DNA of 64,000 bases from Octopus vulgaris (lineage: Eukaryota). A model generated the notes under the pieces. That model saw only the letters and a program-made list of their open reading frames with translations. It was not told the origin of the DNA and did not search any database. The stretch covers positions 22,754,001 through 22,818,000 of the forward strand of contig OX597831.1 in the NCBI GenBank assembly GCA_951406725.2, read 5' to 3'. Shown here in pieces: positions 53,499 to 64,000 of this stretch. A program made the position numbers and the translations under genes. The stretch's first letter is position 1. Every line of letters begins with the position of its first letter.

Positions 53499-54649
53499 AT
53501 ACTTTACATTATCGAGCGATTACTGTTTCAATCTCATTCTGAGATTTAATTATGCCTAATGTTTTTAAGCTATGCTCTAAAAATTCGACCAACCTCAACC
53601 GCTCTATTAGGGAGTTACGCGATCGAGGTATTTGTTTTACATTCGATGTCTAAACACAGCCACATTGCATCAGAGTAATCTTTCAGATTAAGCGCAAGTA
53701 TCTAATTAAGACTAGACTACCCGTGACCCGTTGGCTCACCAATAATTCAAGATACTGAAAAAGCCTGAGTTTCCCAGCAATGGAGTTTCGAGGGGTTTTG
53801 TTTTCTTTTCCGGGTTATTTCGCATGCTTTCAACGAATGTGACATCGAAAGCACGCGTAAATGGCCCCAGAAAAGGAAAGATTTGGCTGCTATTTCTTGC
53901 ACACCCTGCCACCACGTAACGAGTATTTCGGGTCCTTTATTGCAGATAGCTGTTACGTAGTAGCAGGGTGTGCTAGAAATAGCAGCCAAATCTTTGGAAG
54001 TGAGATAAGTCGAATGCACTCGAAAGAAAAATCTTTCATACCGAGATTACAAACGGGTCTATTCCTAAATATTTTGCCCATCATAATGCGTCCAATGGAA
54101 AGTTTAGAGATTCATCCCCTCGGAGTATTTTCCCATGATGCACCCTTTTGGGTATTTATACACGCCAAACCCCGAATATCCCAATAACTTTGGCGCAATG
54201 GCCCAGTGGTTAGGGCAGCGGACTCGCGGTCATAGGATCGCGGTTTCGATTCCCAGACCGGGCGTTGTGAGTGTTTATTGAGCGAAAACACCAAAAGCTC
54301 CACGAGGCTCTGGCAGGGGATGGTGGTGATCCCTGCTATACTCTTTCACCACAACTTTCTCTCACTCTTATTTCCTGTTTCTGTATTTCAAAGGGCCGGC
54401 CTTGTCACTCTCTGTGTCACGCTGAATATCCCCGAGAACTACGTTAAGGGTACACATGTCTGTGGAGTGTTCAGCCACTTACACGTTAATTTCACGAGCA
54501 GGCTGTTCCGTTGATTCGGATCAACCGGAACCCTCGTCGTCGTAGCCGACGGAGTGCTTCCAAAATCCCAATAACTACTGGTCCGACTTACGCGAAACTT
54601 GTTTTATTCCGTTCACAAAATCACTCATAAGGCATTGGTCGGTCCAAGG

Positions 54650-54987
54650 CTCTGAGACCCCTTCAGTTATGACTGACCATGAGAGATTGCACCTAGAAAG
54701 TTAGCCTTCCAGGCACAAGTCCAGGCAAGGTTGTTTATGGAAGACCAACAGTCTTCCATGCATACCGGCCTCCCCTTCTCCACGCCACCAGTGTTATCCA
54801 AGGCAAAGGGGCCGATACAGCCTGACACCTGTGACGTCGCAATTCATTTCTACAGCTGAGTGAAATGGAGGAACGTGAAATAAAGTGTCTTGCTCAAGAA
54901 CACAACATGCAGCCTGGTCTGGAATTCGAACTCACAACCTCACGATCGTAAGCTCGACGCTCTAACCACTGAGCCATGCGCCTTCAG
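54650..54987 (-). mobile_element. tRNA-derived SINE family D
   Basis: ggcgcatggctcagtggttagagcgtcgagcttacgatcgtgaggttgtgagttcgaattcc head and gttcttgagcaagacacttt core; decayed copy at 55145-55330(+). Confidence 0.85.
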
Positions 54988-55402
54988 AAGCTAGGGCTAA
55001 AAAAAAAAAAAATAAGTAATACGAGCCCAAGGTAACGCACAGCGGAACAGAACCTGAAACTACATCATTGCAAAGCGAGCTTGTTGACTACTGAAACGTT
55101 TTTCCATTAACTTTCTTTTTGCTTTTCAACTTCGATTACTATCGACATAGGGATTAAAGTGTTGCGCTCTCGATCGTAAGGTCGTTGTTTCGATTCCCGA
55201 AGCGGGCGGTGCCGTGTATTCTTGCACGGAATTCTTCCTGTGATATTCTTCCTGTGATATTCTTCCAGTTCATTCAGCTGCAAATGAGTTTCAATAATAT
55301 CTGGGAAGTTGAACCTGCGATGGATTAATCATTAAGTAAAATATGCACAAGTTTAGGTCATCGATGGCATCACTGAAATGGTAAATGGTTTACGGCACAA
55401 AA

Positions 55403-55641
55403 AGGCGGCGAGCTGGCAGAAACGTTAGCACGCTGGACGAAATGCTTCGCAGTATTTCGCCTGCCGCTACGTTCTGAGTTCAAATTCCGCTGAGGTCGAC
55501 TTTGCCTTTCATCCTTTCAGGGTCGATAAATTAAGTACCAGTTACGTACTGGGATCGATATAATCGACTGAATCCGTTTGTCTATCCTTGTTTGTCCTCT
55601 CTGTGTTTAGCCCCTTGTGGGTAGTGGGTAGTAAAGAAATA
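55403..55641 (+). mobile_element. Full-length Nin-domain SINE with ~23-bp TSD
   Basis: ggtaaatggtttacggc(a/g)caaaa at 55380-55402 and 55642-55664. Confidence 0.9.
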
Positions 55642-57524
55642 GGTAAATGGTTTACGGCGCAAAAGAAAATAACTTTAAACTTGCAAAAATAATATTTGAA
55701 ATGGCTAATATGATCGTAAGTTTTACCTTTTAGTGTTCATGCTCTTATAATGACGATCTGATTAAAATGTTTGCAATAATTTTCTTCTTTTTTTTTAAAT
55801 TAGAAAACTTTCCAAATATAAATTAAGTGGAAGTATGCAAAGATAAACATTATTTTCCGTCTTACTTTTAGTTTTATTTCATTTTCAAAAATAAAAATTT
55901 ATTTTCTGGTTTATTATTGTTTATATTTAGAATTACACACATATATTGGTGTACCAAAATCTTTTAAGTGCTCTGGGTCTCTATGGGTCTTAATCTGGCC
56001 CTGAATGAATGAAAGAACGGATGGATAAGAAGCTGAAGCTTCTTGAATTGTAGCAGGAATTTCACATTTTGACTAACAAAAGATTAAGATATGTTATATA
56101 ATTTAACTTACTATTTACGGGGGCACAATCTTCGAAGTATTCAGTGACTTCATGGGTCTTAATCCGGCCTTGCTTATATGCCAGGGAAACCTGTTTAAAC
56201 TCTGGCCTTATGAATCCTAGAACTCATGGCACGCCTAAATCTAAGTTCATAGACTATCGGTCGGTCGCAACACGTGACAGCAGTGAAAGAAAGGGGAAAC
56301 ATCCGACACCTGGTAGACCTACTATCTGTCATTCAGTCCAGAAGTTTCCTTCATTTTATTTAGTTAAATCCGCCAGCCATGGCAGGCTTGTAAGGTGAGG
56401 TCTGTCACCACTTCATCATATACCTTAAAATTTGAGACAACAACAACCCTATCACCACCACGGCCACCTCTACCACTAGACAGCTTGAAGAAAGGAAAAC
56501 CGATGGGCTTCCTTTCGGAACGTCAGCCAAGCATCTCTTTCGAGAGCAACAAACTTCAAGCTTCTGTACATACTGTCATTTTACAGCATAGATTACGGAT
56601 GCTGCAGTAGACCGTACGTTAAAGTAGTACCAAAAATGTTTTCTTCAAAATTTTGATGTACAAATTCACTTATACACGGACAAACACTGTATTTGTAGGT
56701 ATAGACTTGGTTATAGACTTGTGCTTGCGTTGAATGGCTAATGCTTTTAACAAATCCATTTTGTACCTATATACCTATATACTTGTGTATATTTACAGAT
56801 GTGTTAGTGTAGGACAAAATACAGTCAACGTATCTAATGAGACATGAGCGGTTTTAAGCCAGTTTGACAGCTTTGTTCAAATTAGGTCCTACACCAAAAG
56901 AGGGCCCCGAGCCAAGAGAATATCATGCGCCAGGAGAGGGGCCCCGTGCCAAGAGCGGGCCCCACACACATGCTCTACTTATAATAAAAACATTGCAATT
57001 TTCATAGGAGCTTTCAATGTTTAGTACATCACTGTAGCTAATGGTGGAGCCTCAAGCCCTCGACGCTTTTCGGCTGGGACTGGCGTACTACACGAATCAT
57101 AAAACATCAATCTTCAGCATTTATAAGAGAAGGGGGCCTCATTGACAAATTCTCCAATTGGGCCCCGCACTTCCTAGCAACGGCCTTGCTAGTGATTGGG
57201 CAAATAGTTATTCATAGATAAACGGTGTATTTTGATTGGTCAGACAATGCTATCAACATATCTATTTTGTAGCTTTTTAGCTATCACTCATTCCCTTCTG
57301 TCAATCAGTCGCTATCACTCATTTCTTTATTCAATCACTCCTTCCTTTCATTTAATCCCTATCTCTCAATCCTTCATGTCAATCCAAATTTTTAATCACT
57401 CTTCGTTACTCATTCCTTCATTTCGCTTGATTCTTTCCATCCATCACCTTAAACCTTTAATCGTTCATTCACCTGTTCACTAAAACTCATTCATTTCTTT
57501 CTTTAAATATTCTTTCATTCGTTT

Positions 57525-57651
57525 CAGTCATGGGCAAGCTGTGGCCCGCAAGATATTTGAATGGCCCTTCATTCTTCTTTAGTAGTGTGCCCCGCCTGAG
57601 GGTAAGCCATGTCTCATGCGGCCCACTTCTCGAAAAAGGTTGAGCATACCG
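57525..57651. mobile_element. Short hAT-like MITE remnant
   Basis: cagtcatgggcaagctgtggcccgc start; atgcggccc..aaaaggttgagcatacc end. Confidence 0.5.
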
Positions 57652-58424
57652 AGTTTATATATTCATTCACTTTATCAGACATTTTCCATTCACTCCTTCC
57701 TGTCTCCATCTTGTTTCATCTCTTTCTTTAAAAATTTCTTTCATTATTTTTTAAATATTTTTGCTTCGTTTTATCTGATCTCAGTTTTTTTTGGTCTTTA
57801 CATTAAAAAAGAAATTCTCTCTTCCCCCTCACTCTATCACAATATATATGTGTGTGTGTGTATGTGTGTGCGTGTGTGTGTATATATATGTGTGTGTGTG
57901 TGTATATATATATGTGTGTGTGTATATATATATATGTGTATATATATATATATATGCGTGTGTGTATATATATATATATGCGTGTGTGTATATATATATG
58001 TGTGTGTGTATATGTGTATATATGTGTGTATATATATATATATATTTGTAGATATCTGTGTGTATATGCATTCCTCTTTATTAGACTCCCCCTATCCCTC
58101 TCTCCCTCCCCATCATCCTCCACTTTTCTGTCTGTCTGTCTGTCTCTTTCTCCATTTCCGTCTCATGACATTTTACATCAATTCCGCATGTACCAGACTC
58201 TCTGGATAATATTTATTAAAGTTGGACCACACACATATACACACATGTACATACATGTAGGCACAGATACACGCACACACACACACGCGCGCTAATAATC
58301 ACACTACATACACACTCATACACATACGAATGCTGATATGCACACCAAATGATACAAACGCACATACGCATACATGCATTCGCATACGTACGTATACACA
58401 CATATCGTGCGCAATCTTCATCTT

Positions 58425-58471
<47 letters not shown>

Positions 58472-58706
58472 CATTATTATTATTACTATTATTATTGACG
58501 ATGTTCTTTTGGGTTTTAACAGACGTGAAATCTCACCTCTGTAAGAGACAGTAAAACAGACAGGACAAAAAAAAAGAAAGTAAAGACAAATACGAGGACA
58601 AAAATGGACACACAGACAGAGGTAGTCTGTCGGCCGGCATATATATATATACATCTGTTCTCGCACAGACATTCGCATCTGTATATATATATGTCTGTGC
58701 GATAAC

Positions 58707-58758
<52 letters not shown>

Positions 58759-59668
58759 ATATGTGTTTTTGTATATATTTATGCTTCATATCTATCTATG
58801 TATATATATATATCTATTTGTGTGTGTGTGCGCGCGCGTGTACGTGTATAATTAAGCATCATACATTTGTAAACACTAGTTCGAAATTGGAATTAGAAAA
58901 CATGAATCAATACAGAATGACAAAGAAAGAAGTAGGAAGTAAAAAGAAAGACTGCATGCATATACATATATTATATAATACACACACACACACACACATA
59001 AAAGAATACATATATATATCTTCGATGTCCACTTCCGTTTATTTAAGAAGGTTTTTTGGGGTTTTTTTTGTCTTTTACTTGTTTCAGTCATTTGACTGCG
59101 GCCATGCTGGAGCACCACCTTTAGTCGAGCAAATCGACCCCGGGACTTATTCTTTGTAAGCCCAGTACTTATTCTATCGGTCTCTTTTTGCCGAACCGCT
59201 AAGTGACGGGGGGACGTAAACACACCAGCATCGGTTGTCAAGCAATGCTAGGGGGACAAACACAGACACACACACGCATATATATACATATATACGACGT
59301 GCTTATTTCAGTTTCCGTCTACCAAATCCACTCACAAGGGTTTGGTCGGCCCGAGGCTATAGTAGAAGACACTTGTCCAAGGTGCCACGCAGTGGGGTTG
59401 AACCCAGAACCATGTGGTTAGTAAACAAGCCCGGGGCTATAGCAGAAGACACTTGCCCAAGATGCCACGCAGTGGGACTGAACCCGGAACCATATGGTTG
59501 GTTATGTTGATAACTTTAGAAATATATACTGAAATTTAACCAGCTAACTTTCCCCTTCAAACTCTGTCAATGGTCAGGTCAACAGCTTCATTAATATTAA
59601 ATCTAATATTACGTTTAACCAAAACCCTCATTAACTTAAAGAAATATAATTAATGTCTTTCATAAAAC

Positions 59669-60187
59669 ACTAGCAGTATCGCCCGGCGTTGCTCGGGTTT
59701 GTAAGGGAAATAACGATATAAGCATTTTTAGAGAGTTACTTCCTTTATAGATGCCAATTCGGGCTTTCTTAGCCATTTCTGTTTTGGTGTCTTCAAGCCA
59801 TGAAGTCGTTGTTCTAAAAGAACGCTGGTCTCCTTGACAACGCATTACGACGTTGATTTCTTTACACTCCCTTCCCCACAGCTTCACGAGGGAGGGAAGA
59901 AGGGGGAGAAGCAAACACAGGTGCAGGTGTTTGAGCGTGGACGCCAACTCCGCCGCCATCGACACACGAAAAATTATGCATTAAAATGGAATAAAAAATG
60001 ACGTTAAATTATTTTTAAAATCGTAGACTCATCGTAGACGCGCGCTAGTAGCCAGACGGGCTCGATATGAATCACGACTATAAGATACCCGAATTTGGTT
60101 AAACTGCACCGCAAAATGTGGGAGGAGTTAGGAATCTAAATCGTAGGAGACAGACACTCACACAACTACAGTTTTGTATATATAGAT
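59669..60187 (+). mobile_element. Helentron-associated (HINE/DINE-1-like) non-autonomous element
   Basis: Starts actagcagtatcgcccggcgttgctcggg (terminal hairpin) and ends gacagacactcacac..tatatatagat followed by tt, the usual HINE-type termini. Confidence 0.6.
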
Positions 60188-60737
60188 TTCCAATCCAATA
60201 TGGCTCCGCAGCTTGACTTTTACGAGTAAGAAATGGCGACTAGTAGTAAAATTAGTTAATCTCCCACAACATGTCCGGTAAAATGCTATTATCTGAGTAA
60301 TGTCTGTGGCTATCGTAATTCATTTGCTATGCCTTAATTATTCTTTGTGGATAATGAACAGCAAGTAGAAATCGTGAAAACAAGCAATGACTATCATTTT
60401 TATCTCTTCTGATGGCGTCCCAGTTGCTGTCGAGGCCTCGCCTGCTACACAAGATTTGTCACTAGAGACCACAGATATGTAAACGTCTGCTCCTCTGTAA
60501 CTGTCCACATCTCAAAATATAAACAGAACTGTTTTAATGTCTGCTCTAGTGCTAGCTTTCCTGTTATTCTCCAAGCTTCGCTTGGCTGTGTGGTAAGTAG
60601 CTTGCTTACCAACCACATGGTTCCGGGTTCAGTCCCACTGCGTGGCATCTCGGGCAAGTGTCTTCTACTATAGCCTTGGGCTGACCAAGGCCTTGTGAGT
60701 GGATTTGGTAGACGGAAACTGAAAGAAGCCCGTCGTG

Positions 60738-60786
<49 letters not shown>

Positions 60787-61592
60787 ATGTTTGTGTATCT
60801 GTGTTTGTCTCCCTATCATTGCTTGACAACCGATGCTGGTGTGTTTACGTCGCCGTCACTTAGCGGTTCGGTAAAAGAGACCGATAGAATAAGTACTAGG
60901 CTTACAAAGAATAAGTCCCGGGGTCGATTTGCTCGACTAAAGGCGGTGCTCCGGCATGGCCGCGGTCAAAGGACTGAAACAAGTAAATGAGTAGAACTGT
61001 TTTAATGTCTGCTCTTGTGCTAGCTTTCCTGTTATTCTCCAAGCCTCACTACTATATAACAGAACTGTTTTAACGTCTACTATTCTGCTAGCGTTTATGA
61101 TATTGTCCAAGACTTACAGCTATACACTAGAACTGTCTTACCGTCTACTATAGCATTCTTATTATAGTCCAGACTTCGTTGCTGTAGAACGGAACAGTTT
61201 CAGTGAAATGTTTTGAAGAGTAGACATGTAATTCTATTCTTGAGAGAAAAAATAATAGAGCTAAATATATTCGTAACCCGTTATAATTCAAAGGTTTTGT
61301 TGCAAAAATAAGATTCTTTTGTTTCTCATATCATATCCGAGAAAATAAAAGTCTGTGACTGTAGAAAGCTGGGCTCCAGGGAGCTTATATAAAATTGTTG
61401 GGGTCAGGTCACAAACAGACATTCTTTTCATCTTTAATTCCATGATTTTTCGAGCCTTATTTTGAAGGTGTACTATCAAAATTTGTTTGCAATGTACAGC
61501 TGACAGAGTTTTCAGTTAAAAACTGTCAGCAGGACTGTTCTAGCAACAGTGCGTGTATCTATATCTGTTCGTCTATCTGTCTGTCTGCCTGC

Positions 61593-61666
<74 letters not shown>

Positions 61667-61673
61667 GTGTATA

Positions 61674-61719
<46 letters not shown>

Positions 61720-61904
61720 CTCTTTTACTTGTTTGTTTCAGTCATTTCATTGCGGCCATGCTGGAGCACCACCTTTAGTCGAGCAAATCAACCTAGGACT
61801 TATTCTTTGTAAGCCTAGTACTTATTCTATCGGTCTCTTGCCGAACCGCTAAGTTACGGAGACGTAAACACGCCAGCATCGGTTGTCAAGCGATGTTGGG
61901 GGAA

Positions 61905-61981
<77 letters not shown>

Positions 61982-62310
61982 GACGGGCTTCTTTTAGTTT
62001 CCGTCTACCAAATCCACTCACAAGGCTTTGGTCGGCCCAAGGCTATAGTAGAAGACACTTACCCAAGATGCCACGCAGTGGGACTGAACCCGGAACCATG
62101 TGGTTAGGAAGCAAGCTACTTACCACACAGCCACTCCTGCGCCTATGAAGTTCCAAAGATAATCACGTATTCCTTAGTCATATCTCTTTCTTATTGCTGA
62201 GCACTTAAACGATTTTGGTACACCAGTATATACATTTAATTCAATATATAAACTCTTTTACTAGTTTACTTGTTTCAGTCATTTGTGAAAAGATAGATCA
62301 AAGGAATGAG

Positions 62311-62443
62311 CTATAGTCATTGATTGAGGGCCGCATTACTAAAATATTCAAAGAAATTTTTTCGTTATGTGTGCCATTCAGAAATTACCACAGGTCGCAT
62401 AGGAAAAATTCAGCTCCCGGTCGCTTCTCATCCATGACTATAG
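62311..62443. mobile_element. Small MITE
   Basis: Inverted ends ctatagtcattgattgag / ctcatccatgactatag. Confidence 0.5.
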
Positions 62444-63900
62444 ATAGATGTAACAGTGTTAGTAAATCGACGTCCTGTTTTATAGAAATTTAGCATATTT
62501 TGAATGGTTCTCTCGTTTATATACAACCAAATTAGTTTAGAAAAAAAAATCCACAAAAGTTGCTGGAAAATGGCGTTTTCGTGTGTGCTCTATTCTTAAT
62601 GAAAGCATTTGTTCAATAGTACTTTTATTTTTCTTGGAGCCATACTAAAAGCTAAGAATTAATTCTCCGATTCTAGCGCTAGGTATCATGAGTATTGAAT
62701 AGGACTTGATTGAGGAGTTTGCACTAATATACACGAGAAAGGATCTACGTACATTTTCTGAAACATACACACAAATACCAACATATAGCATTTAATCAAC
62801 CCGCGAAAATAATGCACGACATACAACTGAACCAAATCATTTGCGATAGGTCCTGGTTTGTGTCTGACTTAAATAGCGATTGCTATTAAGTTTCTTCCTA
62901 AGAAGAAGGGTCAGGAGTACTCATCTTCTGATGTGTGGTCAACCAGCGAAGACAATAATAACATATGCTTAGATATATTTTGCCCTCACAATGTAGACAT
63001 CATAACACTGGGTTAATTACATTAAATTAATTTTATAATGGCTTTTCTAACCTGAGATGTTCGTGCATTCGGTATTCGTTAACAAGGCAGAAAACTGGCA
63101 GAATCATTAGCACGCCGGGAAAAATGCTTAATAGTACTTCATCCACCGAAGTCGACTTTGCCTTTCTTCCTTTCGGGGTCGATAAAATAAATGCCCCCTG
63201 AGCACTAGGGTCGATATAATCGACTTACTCCTACCCCGTATATGTTGGCATTGTACCAGGATTTGGAACCAATATTCATTAAGTTGCCACTTTAAAAATT
63301 ATCTCTACACATCCTCTGTTAAAATCAGAGTCACCACAGCAAGTAATAACGTTTTGCGTACGAATTAGTCTATGGCTACGATGCGAGCGAAAATAGAAAG
63401 GAAATAAAAAAGACAGAGACAATGCGATCCAATCGCATTGTTTACAATGTTTGTTTATGATATATTGTAACTTCTAGAGCTGGTTATGAATTTTATAGAA
63501 AATCTATAGAGGCGCAGGAGTGTGGCTGTGTGGTAAGTAGCTTGTTTACCAACCACATAGTTCCGGGTTCAGTCCCACTGCCTGGCACTTTGGGCAAGTG
63601 TCTTCTACTATAGCCTCGGGCCGACCAAAGCCTTGTGAATGGATTTGGCTGACGGAAACTGAAAGAAGCCCGTCGTATATATGCTTGACTACCGATGCTG
63701 GTGTGTTTATGTCCCCGTTACTTAGCGGTTCGGCAAAAGAGACCGATAGAATAAGTACTGGGCTTACAAAAGAATAAGTCCTGGGGTCGAGTTGCTCGAC
63801 TAAAGGCGCTAGTGCTCCAGCATGGCTGCAGTCAAATATACTATATATATATATATATGAAACAATTTTTTAATAAAATTTTTAGAGGTAGTTAAAGTAA

Positions 63901-63956
<56 letters not shown>

Positions 63957-63966
63957 TATATGTATG

Positions 63967-64000
<34 letters not shown>

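Noticed and set aside
56395-56610. Non-repetitive 71-aa ORF
   Set aside because: No recognisable domain or convincing splice signals.
61288-61479. Tc1/mariner transposase remnant (PWSP..DFYFLGY-like after a frameshift)
   Set aside because: Too short and degenerate to support without a search.
62585-62745. hAT dimerisation-domain remnant (GIMSIE..DLIEEFA)
   Set aside because: Fragmentary and interrupted by stops; insufficient evidence.

Overview
AT-rich, gene-poor eukaryotic DNA dominated by microsatellites and retroelements. The repeat repertoire (several tRNA-derived SINE families, a Nin-domain SINE, R4/Dong- and RTE-type LINE debris, dense TA/CATA/TAA tracts) looks like an octopus/cephalopod genome; this is inference only. 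Almost all listed ORFs are translated microsatellite or SINE artefacts. No intact protein-coding gene is visible, and only one weak exon candidate was found. The main hidden signal is about 16 type I hammerhead-ribozyme (HHR) motifs, some canonical and some decayed, read by eye on both strands. Several sit in head-to-head or tail-to-tail inverted pairs, including two near-perfect palindromes with an HHR on each strand. Two diverged copies belong to a ~200-300 nt structured non-coding element with covarying stems (retrozyme/Penelope-like candidate), one of them flanked by a 57-bp direct repeat. Also present: two R4/Dong-like lineages that partition between (TAA)n and (CATA)n arrays, a truncated U6 copy abutting a SINE, a SINE-derived 70-bp satellite, and a 36/144-bp higher-order repeat with coding-like periodicity. 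All folds and alignments are manual; coordinates may be off by a few bases.
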